Shown here in pieces: positions 12,716-25,774 of a DNA stretch of 64,000 nt. The position numbers and the translations under genes are program-made. Each line of letters starts with the position of its first letter. The stretch's first letter is position 1. The notes beneath the pieces are model-generated. The model worked only from the letters and a program-made list of their open reading frames with translations. It was not told the origin of the DNA and did no database searches. This DNA is from Mobula birostris (taxonomy: Eukaryota). Location of the stretch: NCBI RefSeq assembly GCF_030028105.1, contig NC_092375.1:164857415-164921414 (forward strand). The letters are read 5' to 3'.

Positions 12716-13096
12716 TGTAAAAAGATCATTGTAGTTTGCAAATGAGTGGAGCAATATTACTTTCCAAAATTGTGTAGATTTTGTAAGATGTCTTCTATTT
12801 CTATCACTTCAATTTCATATAACACAAGTATTGAGTTCACATTTCTTTCAGTATCTCTCAATAATGCAATACACATCTTTGGCATTTAAAGCTGTTTTGA
12901 TACCTAGACAAAATTGTTTGAAAAAATATATTTGTTTAATTTGGTAAGATCGATAAGTGATCTAACAAATACATTAGAACATCAGCAGTTCTCTTTCTCT
13001 TAAGGAGATAGGACAATGTACCAGTTCTTAATTATTATCTTAAAATTTAATTCCTTCAGTAAATGACAATACTCAACCCAGATGTTTATTTTGCAG

Positions 13097-13660
13097 AGCT
13101 GACCCCACCAAGCTTTGTAACAAGACTGGCATCAGTAACAACATTTGTAGGTAAAACTGCAAGACTTGAGTGCACAGTAGCTGGATCACCTGTGATTCAT
13201 ACGGTTTGGCAGAAGAATGGTATTAATATTACAGATGAAGAGAACTATAATGTATCAGCCAAAGGCAACAAACGTGCTTTAGAATTTAGTAACTTAAATG
13301 TTCAGAACAAAGGCAACTATTCTTGCAAAATTACCAATGACTGTGGCACTGATATCTGTTATGCCGATCTAATCGTCCTTGACAAACCATATTTCACTAG
13401 GACCCTTGAATCTACTCAGACTGTAATTAACAATAGTGTACGTCTTGAATGTCAAGTAGATGAAGACACAGCAGTAACAATTTCGTGGAAAAAAGATGGA
13501 TTAGCACTTCATTCCAGCAAATATTATAAAATTACATTTGAAGACAAAGTAGCAGTTTTGGAAATCCTGAAAGCTAGATTGAAAGATGCTGGGAGTTATG
13601 AATGCATGGCTTCCAATGAGGCTGGAAGTGATTCCTGCTCAGCACTATTAACAGTTAAAG
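13097..13660 (+). CDS. TTN: Titin I28-I29 double-Ig exon (human exon 51 equivalent)
   Basis: 564 nt, ag|...|gtaaga; ELTPPSFVTRLASVTTFVGK... and DKPYFTRTLES...RLECQVDED. Confidence 0.93.
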
Positions 13661-13974
13661 GTAAGAAATACTGTAAATCACAAGCTGTTTTTAAGCAGTA
13701 CTTGCAGTTACCCAATATAAAACTAAAAATATTTTTTGCAGGTTCCATTATAGCCAATGTCTCTTGCTGTATTATTTGTTTTTCTTTTAATTTTCTTATG
13801 ACATAAGGGCTGGATATTTGGCCCATGTGGGCTCTTAGAGCAATCTCATCAATGCGTTTCTACACTTAGCTGTAACCCACTCCTGTATGTGTATCAACTC
13901 CAACTGAGCTCCTGCCATTTACCTTTCATTGGAGTAGTTTAATGTAGCCAAAAAAAAACTATAAACCAGCATAT

Positions 13975-14100
13975 TTTTGGATTTCTGGGAGGAAACTGGA
14001 ACACCTGGAGCAAACCCACAGAAATCACAGAGACAAAATGCAAACTGAAAATAGACTGCACTGGATTTCAGGAGGAACCTTGGTCAAGGCACATGAGAGG
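13975..14100 (-). mobile_element. Decayed V-SINE/HE1-like fragment
   Basis: gggaggaaactggaacacctggagcaaacccac is the reverse complement of the V-domain motif ggtttcctccgggtgctccggtttcctccc. Confidence 0.5.
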
Positions 14101-14479
14101 CAATAGCATTGACTGCTTTGTGATTGTGCTATGCTGAGAAATACTTTAATCATAGTTTCTGTATTTTACATTTATTCATTTGTACTTCTGATATAGTGAT
14201 TTAATTAAAATATCACGAGTAAAGTAGGTTTTCTAAAGCAGTTGACTCTCTTGTAACTATATCTCATCTTGAGTTTGTTACTTCTGACAAACCTCTTTCA
14301 AAGGACTCCTGCTAGACTCCTTCATATTTTCCTCCATTTGAAGTCAACTGAAATGCTTGACAGTAACTGAAGTTTTACTCGGTTACCTTCACTGATTGCT
14401 CTGTTGCTCACTTGTTTCTGATTAAGCAACACTTCACTTTTGAAATTGTAATTCTTACTTCGAATCCCTTGATAATTCC

Positions 14480-14790
14480 TCCTATCTCCCTGAGCTCATT
14501 AAGCCTCTGAGGTAATTTTGCACTTTCAATTCTGACTTGCTAAGCATTCCTAATTTTAATCACTTTCCTAAGGTAGGCCTTTACTATCAAGCTCTGGAAT
14601 AGTCCTTTGTCTCCCTTCCTTTCTTTCTTTTTTAAGGAGACTTGTTAGAACTCACCTCTTTGATCAAGTTGTCTATAATCAGCTTGTTATCTCCTTTTTG
14701 TGGTTTGTGTTAAATTGTTGTTTATTAGTCATCCTATGAAAGACCTTGGGCGTTACGTATGTGCCTATAATAGTAAATGTCCAAAAAAAT
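14480..14790 (+). mobile_element. Old L2-like LINE 3' end
   Basis: ctctggaatagtcc...cacctctttgatcaag...tgaaagaccttgggcgttacg resembles L2 3' tails; heavily decayed. Confidence 0.3.
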
Positions 14791-14839
14791 GGACATTAAC
14801 CTCTTCCTTGTTACATAATCAGAAATACTGAAGAAATAA

Positions 14840-15160
14840 TGAGAATATAAGAAATAGAGGATCAAGTAATTTGGATCTGTTCAACCATTCATTGTGATAA
14901 AGGTTGGTCTTTTACCTCAGCCATGTTTTCCTGTTCTACCCTATATCTATTATTTTAATATCTAAAAAATTGATCTCTGTCATGAATATACTTATGAAAT
15001 GAGCCTTCATGGCTCTCTTCAGTGGAGAATCCTCGATGCTCTGGGTGAAGAAATGTACAATATTCTGTTCTCAGATCTTGTTATTATGACCCTTGTCTTA
15101 TATGCCCAAACCAGGTAATATCAGCCCTGTCAAATTTTGTAAGGAGTTTGAATTTTTCAT
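14840..15160 (-). mobile_element. Old CR1 3' fragment
   Basis: aatataagaaatagagg...ttcaaccattc opening resembles the other antisense CR1 tails in the window. Confidence 0.4.
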
Positions 15161-16625
15161 GAAATCATTTATTTTTGTAAATTGCTGGGTATAGGCCCAG
15201 ACTACATAAACTCTTCTCATAAGACAATAATTCTATATTAGGAAACACTCTGGTGAATGGATGTACTTTAATTGAATTGGTACTCAACTAGGTATTTGCT
15301 TTTATAAATTGACTGCAAAATTATCTTCAAAGTTCAAAGTATGAACTTTGCAAGGTATGACTTGTCTCCTTACAGGCAGCCACAAAACAAAGAAACCCAA
15401 TAGAGCCCATTAAAAGAAAGACCATGAAAAACTCAATATGCAGAAAAAACTGTGCAAACAATAAAAGTAAGGAAGTAACATTCAGAGCTGAATTTCATGA
15501 AACTGAGTCCACAGCCACAAAGCCAGTCAGCACTGCAGCTGATTCAAGAGTCTGTTATTTGCTGGCCACAGCCTCAGTTCAAATGAATAAATCTCGTGAG
15601 CAGTGAGCTGAACACCGACCCTGATAGTCTTATCTTTTAAAACCAGTTCATTGCTTAAAATCCTCCAAATAGTTGTTTCTCACTCTCGGACATGGGCCCT
15701 GTTGCTTCGATGCATTTTTAGGCCTGGGACCCACTGCCTGGATTCGGCCCATACCTGACCTTTCCAGTATAACCTGGCACTTAAATCCGTCAAACATCAG
15801 CAAGGCAGAGTTGGGTGCTGGAGCCCAGGCCTGCTCTCATAGTCCACTTCAGCAATGACCGTACATTGGCTTATTCCTCGCTCTTGAGCCCTGGCCCCCC
15901 GCCCCCACCTCAACGCAACCATCCTGGACCTTCGAAACTTCAGTTCGCACTCCAAAAATGCTAGGTCAACAAGCAGTTCAAAATCTCATCTCCAAAAAGG
16001 AAGTTAAATGTTATTGATTGAAAAGATTGTTTTTGAGAAAAAGTGTAATTAATAAAGTAGTTAATAGTTTTGTTTGCTGCCAGCAAATTGTTGCTGTACT
16101 TCACCAGTGTTATCCTAAACCAAAACTACAATAGTAACTATCATAAAAAATTTTGCAACTACAATTGTAGTTTTATTCTTTTCATTGGAATTCAGATTCA
16201 TAAAACCTGTGGAAATCTTATTTGATGGTGATAGGGAAGCAGATTTGTTGTGTTTATTTTTTGCTTTTATTTCATAACGGAAGACATTACACATAGAAAA
16301 TTGATCATTTGAAATGGGATGCAGTTACTAAATCAAGATCTCTATTGATGACATGATATTATGAAAACAAAGCCATATTAACCAAAAATGTTATCAACCC
16401 CTAAAATGTAATTGCTGCTTTATAGCCTTAACATTTTTATAACTTTATTTATTATCTGTTTACTTTGAAAAGAAGGAATTTGTTTTTTTTCTTAAATTAT
16501 CACCAAGGAAAAATAGCTTATGTGTTGTAACCTTTCTTTTAACGATTGTCTTGGGATATTAGTTCTCTTTCATAACGGTTTTTACTCTGGCAATTCTTAA
16601 TATTTTTCTTTAAACTTATCTTCAG

Positions 16626-16907
16626 AGCCACCTTCGTTCGTCAGGAGGCCAGAACCATCAATACTGTTGAAAAAAGGTGATTCAGCACACTTGAATTGCC
16701 AAGTGAAAGGGTCTCCTGAAATTAATGTCGCCTGGTACAAAAACAATAAGATTCTCAATTCCTCAGAAAAATACACAATATCATTTACTGACTCTTCAGC
16801 TGAACTTGAGATTAATGATCTAAATGTAGAAGATAGTGGGGATTATGTGTGTGAAGCACAAAATGAAGCTGGGACAGATAGCTGCAGTTCTGTCATTACA
16901 ATCAAAG
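16626..16907 (+). CDS. TTN: Titin Ig exon, 6-Ig repeat 1 position A
   Basis: 282 nt, AG/GT, phase 1-1; EPPSFVRRPEPSILLKKGDSAHLNC. Confidence 0.92.
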
Positions 16908-17029
16908 GTTTGTACAGTATTGATATTGCTACACTTCGCATTGCTGCTATTGAAAAATCCATACTGTTTGTATTTTTAATCTTTTTGAAAAGCAGATAGT
17001 TTGAAAAACATTTATGTATTCCTTTTTAG

Positions 17030-17308
17030 AACCACCCTCTTTTATCAAAACATTTGATCCTACTGAAGTGGTAAGAGGATTCAATTGTACTCTTGAATGT
17101 GAGCTGATGGGTACAACTCCATTTGAAGTTGTTTGGCACAAAGACAAAAAGCTGATCCGATCTAATAAGAAGTACAAGATGATTTTCCAAAATATGCGTG
17201 CTTATCTCCACATTAGTCTTTTTGAGTTCTCAGATGTTGGTGATTATCAATGCACAGTGTCGAATGAAGTAGGGAAGTGTCTCTGTGGTGCAACTTTGAA
17301 AATGAAAG
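17030..17308 (+). CDS. TTN: Titin Ig exon, repeat 1 B
   Basis: 279 nt; EPPSFIKTFDPTEVVRGFNCTLECE. Confidence 0.92.
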
Positions 17309-17409
17309 GTCAGTGATCTCAATGGAAACTGGGAGAAATATGTCCAATAATGTACAAATTTAACAGATGGACAGATAATGTATAACCCACTATTTTTATT
17401 TTAAATTAG

Positions 17410-17688
17410 AACCACCATCATTTGTGAAGAAAATTGAAAACGCAACAGCAATTTTGGGAAGTTCAGCAATGTTTCAATGCAGCATAAAAGGCTCAATGCC
17501 AATCACTGTAACTTGGCTGAAAGATAAAGATCTTATCACAGAAAGCAGTAATGTCAAAATGACTTTTGAGAATAATATTGGTACTCTTCACATTGCTGCT
17601 GTAGAAATGAACAGCAGTGGCAGATACACTTGTCATGCAGAAAATGATGCAGGAAGTCAGAAGTGTCTAGCAACATTAATTGTGAAAG
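17410..17688 (+). CDS. TTN: Titin Ig exon, repeat 1 C
   Basis: 279 nt; EPPSFVKKIENATAILGSSAMFQC. Confidence 0.92.
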
Positions 17689-17779
17689 GTCAGTTTGACA
17701 ATATATTGGTCTGGTTTATAAAACAACATACTTTGCATTGCTAAGCTTTATTAATGTTAACCATTCCATTTCACTACAG

Positions 17780-18058
17780 AGCCAGCAAATATCGTAGAAA
17801 AAGCAGAACCAATTAGTGTGACTGCTGGAGACCCAGCAACTTTGGAGTTCGTAATAACTGGCACACCAGAACTTAAAATTAAATGGTTTAAGAACGGGAA
17901 GGAGCTAATATCCAGTAGAAAATGTAAAACAAGTTTATTAAATAAAATTGCCAGCCTAAGGATTATTTCTGCAGAAAATAAGGATAGTGGTGAATATACT
18001 TTCGAGGTAAAAAACGATGTGGGGAGTTGCAGCTGCAAAACTTCTATTACAGTATTGG
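17780..18058 (+). CDS. TTN: Titin Ig exon, repeat 1 D
   Basis: 279 nt; EPANIVEKAEPISVTAGDPATLEF. Confidence 0.92.
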
Positions 18059-18155
18059 GTTAGTACATAACTTATACCTCCCTTTCTTTCAATAATTTAA
18101 GCATAATTTAATTAATTCAAGTAATATCATTGATTTGTTGCTCTGCCTCGGACAG

Positions 18156-18443
18156 ATCGTATGATTGCTCCAACCTTCACTAAAAAACTGAGGAAAATGA
18201 CCAGCAATTTGGGTGCGACCTTTCATATGGATTGCAAGTTCTCTGGTTCTATCCCTGTTGGTATTTCTTGGTATAAAGATGACAAAGAGTTATCAGCCAA
18301 TGATAAGTACACAATGTCGTGTCAAGACAACACTGCTGCTTTGACGATTAAACAATTAGAAATTGCGGATGGTGGAACTTACTCCTGTAAAGCTACTAAC
18401 TCTGCAGGAAGTGATGAATGCAGTGGAGTCTTAAACGTAAAAG
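18156..18443 (+). CDS. TTN: Titin Ig exon, repeat 1 E
   Basis: 288 nt; DRMIAPTFTKKLRKM. Confidence 0.92.
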
Positions 18444-19108
18444 GTCTGAATTAGTAATTTAATTTTGACTTAAGTCATTTGCTAATGTAGCTTTGTTCCT
18501 TCTGCAAAACTGTTTTCATTTTTAATACATATTCATTGATAAATATGTTGAGATCTGGCAATATTTTGGAGCATTTTTGCTTTCTTAACATCTGTTGCTG
18601 TGTCTCTGCCAAGGAAGCATTTATGTTATGTTACCTTTCAGTTTTCTATCTAATGATCCATAATACTTGCATGAAGCTTGATAGAGACAATTAGTAGAAT
18701 ATTCAATTATAGTAGTCCACCTTGCAGAGCTGCTACCTGCCTTTATTCAATGACAATATGCACAATATTCAAGTCAAATATTGGAAATAAGCATCCTATA
18801 GTTTTTTTTCTCTCTTATACCTCACTTCTGTTTTATAATGGTGTCACTTTCATCCTTTGGAGATCAGCTTACAAAGTACAAATTAGCAATTATTCCTTGT
18901 ATGTTCTGGTTTGTGTTAGTTAACTACTTGACAGATTACTGTGCCTTTTCAATATTAGAATGTATTCAGTTATCTGATTCCAAATATTTAAAGTACTAGT
19001 AGACTACTGAATTTATGACAGTGTACATCTTCAGAGAAGGTGGAGAAAACTTACTTGATATGTTTAATTGTTATGAATTATTGTGATGTTTTTTAAAATG
19101 TCTTTTAG

Positions 19109-19387
19109 AGCCTCCAAGCTTCATAGTAAAACCTGCATCAGAGAAAGTTCTGCCGGGTACAACTGTGAAATTTAAGGTTGTTGTAAATGGAACACCTCCA
19201 ATGTCAATGAAATGGTTCAAGGGCCACACAGAGCTTGTGACTGGTGGCAGCTGTTTCATCATGAAGGATATTTCTACAACCTATCTTGAGCTTTTTTCGG
19301 TGAAGCCATCTGATATGGATGATTACATTTGTGAAATCAGCAATGACGCTGGAACAATTTCCTGTACAACAAATCTTTTTGTTAAAG
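19109..19387 (+). CDS. TTN: Titin Ig exon, repeat 1 F
   Basis: 279 nt; EPPSFIVKPASEKVLPGTTVKFK. Confidence 0.92.
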
Positions 19388-19568
19388 GTGATTTTTTTTG
19401 TTTCTATCCATAATGCTTAATTGTATTTTATTAAAATATCTTTAATGATCTTTGATATGCTCTTCGTAATAGGAGGAGCTGAGTGGAAAAGATGCTCTTT
19501 ATTGCATTTTTGTTAGCTTTTATGAAAATATTTCAAATTTATTCTTCATGGCATCTTGACTCTTATAG

Positions 19569-19850
19569 AACCACCAACATTCTCCCGGAAGCTAGAACCA
19601 ACAAAATTACTGAAAACTGGTGACTCGGCTCGATTTGAATGCGAGGTTACTGGCACACCTGAAATAAAAATTACATGGTATAGAAAAGACAAGCAGGTTC
19701 ATCCCAGTGATAAATACCGAATCTCATTTGTTAACAATGTGTCAGTTCTTGAAATTCTTGATGGTGACGTGGAAGACAGTGGTGAATACACTTGTGAAGC
19801 TAAGAATGAAGTTGGTAGTGAGAGTTGCAGTGTTACTGTAACAATTAAAG
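19569..19850 (+). CDS. TTN: Titin Ig exon, repeat 2 A
   Basis: 282 nt; EPPTFSRKLEPTKLLKTGDSARFEC. Confidence 0.92.
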
Positions 19851-19971
19851 GTCTGTGAACATATAATTTTATTACTTTGGCTACAGTCATAAGATATTTA
19901 TCAATCTTATGAAGTTGTATCTAAATGTCAAATGACATTTTAGATTGAATTTATTATTTATGTTTTTGCAG

Positions 19972-20250
19972 ATCCTCCATCATTCATAAAAATGCTTGAA
20001 CATCTTGAGGTGATTAAGGCCTCTAATGTTATACTTGAATGTGAACTGGCTGGTACAGCACCTTTTGAAGTTTCTTGGTATAAGGATAATAAGCAGATTA
20101 GGCCGAGCAAAAAATACAAGGCAGTCTGTCAAAACTCTTTTGTTTATTTACATATTCTTAATTTTGACACTGTGGATGTTGGTGAATATCAATGCAAGGT
20201 GTCAAATGAAGTTGGAGGTTGTTCATGCAGTTCTGCAGTGGCTTTGAAAG
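19972..20250 (+). CDS. TTN: Titin Ig exon, repeat 2 B
   Basis: 279 nt; DPPSFIKMLEHLEVIKASNVILECE. Confidence 0.92.
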
Positions 20251-20370
20251 GTTAGTTAAATTTTAGCAAGAATTTATCATCCACAATGTTACAATGAAAT
20301 TGATTTTGTTTTTCTCTAGTTAAAATTTGACTTTGCATTAACTAACCTAAGAGTCCTGTTTTAACAACAG

Positions 20371-20649
20371 AACCACCATCATTTCTCAAGAAGATTGAAA
20401 ATAATACAGTGCTTTTGGGAACATCTGCATTGTTTCAATGTGCTGTGAAAGGTTCAAGACCAATTTCCATAACCTGGCAAAAAGATAAAGATGATATTAC
20501 TGAAGATGCTAATATTAAAATATCTTTTGAAGATGATATAGCAACACTGCATATTGCTTCTGCTGAAAAACATCATGGTGGGAAGTTTGTTTGTGAGGCA
20601 AAGAATGATGCGGGAATCACAAAATGTGTTGCAAATTTAATTGTGAAAG
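20371..20649 (+). CDS. TTN: Titin Ig exon, repeat 2 C
   Basis: 279 nt; EPPSFLKKIENNTVLLGTSALFQC. Confidence 0.92.
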
Positions 20650-22071
20650 GTTGGTTTAAAGATTACTGTCATCTGTGTTAAACCTTCAGTCAGTTCTTTT
20701 AATTAACAGATTTAAATGTTTTGAGTTACTTCAATTTTTGGAAAGATCTTTTAAGATACTAAATGGCAATAAAAGCATATTATTTTCTGGAAAGATTATC
20801 CTATAAAGGAAGTGCTAAACTTAAACTTAGGGCTAGAGTTTTGATTTTTTCAGTGTCCACCATTTCTGCTGCATAAAACTTCTGGGATTTGTGGTAGGGC
20901 AGTGATACACCATTAATTGCTAATGCCACAAATTGCTGGATTTGCACCAGCCTTACAAAAGTGGGAACTTTACTCTCCTGCTTAAAGTTCAATCTTTTGT
21001 CTCAGAAAGAGACTTGTAATTGTTCAATTGAAGCTATCAAATTATAAGCAGGTGATAAACTACTCTGAGATTTTCAAACGTTTTTATTTTCTTTCAGTTG
21101 CTTTCTGTTTATAGTTCTAATCACTCTTTTAATCCCATCTTTCTTTCAGTCTCTATTTATTTTTACCTATTTAATTTGTCATTAATTCATTCTTTTTCTT
21201 TCTATGTTGTTCCACCTATCACTTTATCTACCTATAAAGTTAAGTATTATATGAATTTGACAGCTGAACGATATTCAGAAAATACCACTTGTTCCTTGTG
21301 CAAAGTGGTGCCATGATACCTTGTATTATTTTGCCACTTGTTTTGTAAAATTAATGAATTCTGAAGGGTGTAGAAAACAATGGACTTTGATATTCACTCC
21401 TTCCTTTCTGAATACCCTGACAGCCTATGGCAGCTAGCCATAGTCCACGGCTTTTGAATTTTTCTCAATGTCTCTGAAGGAGACTCTTAGATATTAGTCA
21501 AAATAGATTTAGTAACTTTTAGAAGCTAAACTAAAATTTAAAGCCACATAGAGAATTTGAAAGCATTAAAGTAATGCAAAGATTTCCTTTATTGATTTTT
21601 TTTTTACTAGTGTTGATTCAAATAAATTGGGTCTCCTTTGCAAACCAACTAGCCCTAGCATAGAATTGAGGGAACAGTTGAAAAGTGCCCATTCCCATTT
21701 CTCCAGATTATTGCTTTGCCTCTGGATTTGACAATGAGTCAAGAATTTGAGAAAGTTGCTAGATATGCTGGCATCTGACTTCCAGAGTACTTTGGAGCTT
21801 TGTGTGAATAGCTAAGACAAACTTAGTCACTAATGGTTCATAGATGGATTGAATGAACCCCAAGTTGATTGGATATTTGTTTAATTAGTTCTCCTGAACA
21901 CGAGGTGTGTATGAAGAGATGCACTGATATTTATAATCAGATATTTATAATCTGCATGTGGTTTTAGATTTGATAGCTTGGCTCAGGGGAAGTAAAATGA
22001 AAGCTCTTAAATAGTCTTCCATTGTTTCTTATATTCTTGTCCTCTAATATTAGTTTTTTTTATTGTCACAG

Positions 22072-22350
22072 AACCTGCAAGTATTATAGAAAAAGCAGAT
22101 TCTATTAGTGTAACTGCAGGAGAGCCAGCAACATTGGACTGCAGTTTTACAGGAACACCAGAAATTAAAGCCAGGTGGTTTAAGAATGGCACAGAATTGA
22201 TTACTGGGAGAAAATACAAAATCAGCGTTGCAAATAAGATTACTAGTTTAAAGATCCCTTTTACTGAGAAAGAGGATAGTGGTGAATATACCTGTGAGGT
22301 CGAGAATGACGTTGGTAGCAGCAGTTGCAAAGCTTCCATTACAGTATTGG
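22072..22350 (+). CDS. TTN: Titin Ig exon, repeat 2 D
   Basis: 279 nt; EPASIIEKADSISVTAGEPATLDC. Confidence 0.92.
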
Positions 22351-22452
22351 GTTGGTATTTTTACTTTTCCATTTTATAATGATCACTGAAATATTTAAAA
22401 GAAGATTGTGGGAGAAATAGTAATCTTTGATTTCCTACCATGTGTTGGACAG

Positions 22453-22740
22453 ATCGCATAGTTCCACCATCATTTAAAAGAAACTTAAAAAAGACGGATG
22501 GCATCAAAACTTCTTTTGTTAAGATGGAATGCAAAATCTCTGGTTCTCTTCCAATGACTGTACTTTGGTATAAGGACAATGAAGAATTAACATCTAGTGA
22601 AAAGCATAAGTTTTCTTACTATGATAACATTGCACAGCTGGAGATTCATCAACTAGAAATGACAGATGGTGGAAGCTACACTTGCAGAGCAACAAATTCT
22701 GCTGGAACTGATCAAAGTATTGGTGTCTTAACTGTGAAAG
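22453..22740 (+). CDS. TTN: Titin Ig exon, repeat 2 E
   Basis: 288 nt; DRIVPPSFKRNLKKTDG. Confidence 0.92.
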
Positions 22741-22900
22741 GTTCGAAATGTTGCATTCAATTGATTAATTGCTTAAAAATTAGATTGACTGATATCCTTC
22801 AGTTAACCAAGGCATAACTTTTATCCACGGCTTCTATTTAATTTACTGCATTAACAAACATGTTGAGAATGCATGTATTAGGTTTATGCTCTCTTATTTT

Positions 22901-23130
22901 GTGTGGGCACGTGGCCAAGTGGTTAAGGCATTCGTCTAGTGATCTAAAGGTTGCCAGTTCGAGCCTTAGCTGAGGCAGCGTGTTGTGTCCTTGAGCAAGG
23001 CACTTAACCACACATTGCTCTATGTCTGTGTGAGGAGTGGCACGCCACACAGTCTTTCGTTCAGCACCTTGTAAGGCATGAAAGTCCCCGACGCTGGCCT
23101 CCTAGGCCTGAGTCGACGATCCCCTCCCTC
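22901..23130 (+). mobile_element. tRNA-derived SINE with CORE/Meta-like central domain and 10-bp TSD
   Basis: A box tggccaagtgg 22912-22922, B box gttcgagcc 22957-22965, central gtgtccttgagcaaggcacttaacc; direct repeat ctcttatttt at 22891-22900 and 23131-23140. Confidence 0.8.
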
Positions 23131-23216
23131 CTCTTATTTTAACATTTTATTTTCAGAAAAAGTACAATTTTCATTTACTTTTCTTGTGATAATGATTTGT
23201 CCTCTTGAATTTTCAG

Positions 23217-23495
23217 AACCTCCTTATTTTACTCTGAAACCTTTGTCTCAGGATGTTATACCTGGTTCTAAAGTACAGTTTAGGAGTGTTATTGGTGGAA
23301 CTCCTCCAATAACCATCAAATGGTTCAAGGACAAAAAGGAACTGGTGCCAAGTAGTTCACTTTACATTTCCAAAGAAGGTTCAACAAGTATGCTACAGCT
23401 CCATTCAGCAAAAATCTCTGATACTGGTGACTACACTTGTCGAGTCAGCAATGAAGTTGGCAGTGAAACATGTGTGGCACATCTTTTTGTCAAAG
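23217..23495 (+). CDS. TTN: Titin Ig exon, repeat 2 F
   Basis: 279 nt; EPPYFTLKPLSQDVIPGSKVQFRS. Confidence 0.92.
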
Positions 23496-23960
23496 GTGTG
23501 TTATTTCTAATGACTCTCTATAGCATTGTAAACTGTTTGAAAACAATCTTTATTTGAAGACCTTCTCATTGCTACAACATCTTTCTATTCAATCTGAGGC
23601 TTCCTTCAACATTAATACTAATTACTTTGTCTTACTTATGTTAGAACTATGAAAACTTTACCCGTTTATGTCTTCCATTGATTTAACTTCTTGTAATATA
23701 ACCACATAATTCTTTTATGAGATTCTAAATTTGTATTCAATTTGCATGTGTTATATAATATGATGGCCAAACTGAAGTGCTTGCACCATATGCTACCTTT
23801 GAAATCTGGTAGATCAGTTTCTAATTACATAATTTTAGCCAGTTTTTAGTAGGCAAGGCACTGGAAAACAGTCAGGAATGTCTTATTTTTACAACTATTC
23901 CCTTGTTGGATATTGATTATAGGATAGAAAAGGTATCAGTAATTAAGCACACCAATAATG

Positions 23961-24209
23961 GGGCGGCACGGTAGCATAGTGGTTAGCCCGACGCTTTACG
24001 GAATAGGCAACCTGGATTCACTTCCCACTGTTGCCTGTAAGGAGTTTGTACGTTCTCCCAGTGACTGCACGGGCTTCCTCCAAAGACTTATCAGTTGGTA
24101 GGTTAATTGGTCATTGTAAATTGTCCCATGATTAGACTAGGATTAAATCGGGTGATTACTAGGCAGCATGGCTCGAACCTATTCCATGCTGTATGTCAAT
24201 AAATAAATA
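23961..24209 (+). mobile_element. V-SINE/HE1-like SINE with (AAAT)n tail
   Basis: tRNA-like head gggcggcacggtagcatagtggttagc, remnant ggcttcctcc...aaagac, ggttaattgg...gtaaattgtcc, (AAAT)n tail; probable TSD aataatg at 23954-60 and 24210-16. Confidence 0.75.
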
Positions 24210-24853
24210 AATAATGCTTAGCCTGTCCTCCCACAAAACCCCTTGACCCCTCTAGGTATGACCAAATGTTTTGGTCCTGTGGGTCCACTTTTCTAAGAAG
24301 CTTGGCTGTCGCACAAAGCGGAGTGGTTCAAAAACATCTCATGGTCCTCAATTTTTATTAATCTCTAATTTTAGACAATAGAAATTATAGTTAATAAGGA
24401 AGATATTGCAAATAAAAATTCCCATTGTTTTTTGAGAGAACACTGGCAACACAATGGATGGATTGCAGTATCAGTTGTTCAATGAATTCAGAGGGAAAAC
24501 ATGGTAAGTGATGTTAGGTGGTGCATATCATTGGTAGAAATTAAGTACAGAGCTAAAGTTTTCATTTGAATGGATATGCTAATAAATAGAGAAGAAGGCA
24601 GTTGCATAAAACAAGCATATAATCTGTGAAAAGTAACCTAAAAGACTTATTTTGTTTGGAAACGAGTATTTGTTTGATTTTAGTTAGCTATTGATCTATT
24701 TTATTAAGGTGCTATTCACATATTTGACTGAACACAACTTTCTTAATATTCCAAAATGTGTCCTTTTTCAGATACCTTTATAAATATTAGTACAGTAAAT
24801 TTTAAAATAATGATTGATGACAGATGAAATATTTTCTCGAAGCTATATACATA

Positions 24854-25375
24854 CCACTTTATTAGGTGCCCCCTGTATCTGATAAAATGGTCACTGAGTG
24901 CATGTTTGTGATCTACTGCTGTAGTTCAGCCATTTCAGGTTTCAATGTGTTATGTGTGCAGAGAAGCTCTTCCACACACCACGATTGTAATGCCTGGTTA
25001 TTTGAGATGCTTTTACTTTCCTGTCAGCTTGGATCAGTCTGGCCATTCTCCTCTAACCTCTCTCATTAACAAGGCATTTTTGCCCACAGAACTGCCACTT
25101 ACTGGATGTTTTTTGATTTTTGCACAAATCTCTGTGGTGTGTGAAAATTCCAGATCAGTAGTTTCTGAGATATTGAAACCTTCCTGTCTGGCATCAACAA
25201 TTATTCAAAGGTCAAAGTCACTTAGATCATCTTTCTTCCCCATTCTGAGGTTAGACCGAACAACAATAGAACCTCTTGACTATTTCTGCATGCTTTTACG
25301 CATTAAGTCACTGCCACATGATTGGTTAATTAGATATTTGCATAAACAAGCAGGTGTACCTGATAAAGTGGCCTG
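24854..25375 (+). mobile_element. Tc1/mariner-derived non-autonomous element (MITE)
   Basis: Inverted ends ccactttattaggtg... and ...caggtgtacctgataaagtggcc; no transposase ORF. Confidence 0.65.
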
Positions 25376-25475
25376 AATATTTGTGTATACCATCAAAGAC
25401 TTGTTAATCCTCTTTAAGTATGCATAAAATCTTTTAAAAATTTTCTCATTCTGTTCATTACATTTTGGTTTATAG

Positions 25476-25757
25476 AGCCTCCAAGCTTCATTCAGAAGCC
25501 GGATCGTACAACATTATTGAAAAAAGGAAGTTCTACATCTCTTGAGTGCTCAGTAATTGGTACACCTGAGATCAAAATAACTTGGTACAAGCAAGAAAGT
25601 GAAATTCTCCCAAATGACAAATTCAGGATGTCATTTGTCGATTCAAAACCTGTGCTTGAGCTTACTAATGTCAATGTGGAAGACAGTGGTCAATATACTT
25701 GTAGAGCAGAAAATGAAGCTGGCTTTGACAACTGCAGCGTTACAATTACTGTTAAAG
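25476..25757 (+). CDS. TTN: Titin Ig exon, repeat 3 A
   Basis: 282 nt; EPPSFIQKPDRTTLLKKGSSTSLEC. Confidence 0.92.
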
Positions 25758-25774
25758 GTGTGTGACCATAAAAT

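Noticed and set aside
22901-22975. tRNA gene
   Set aside because: A and B boxes belong to a SINE head followed by a central domain and flanked by a TSD; no complete cloverleaf
24945-25376. 143-aa ORF as a novel gene
   Set aside because: Lies entirely within a Tc1-type MITE and has no recognisable domain
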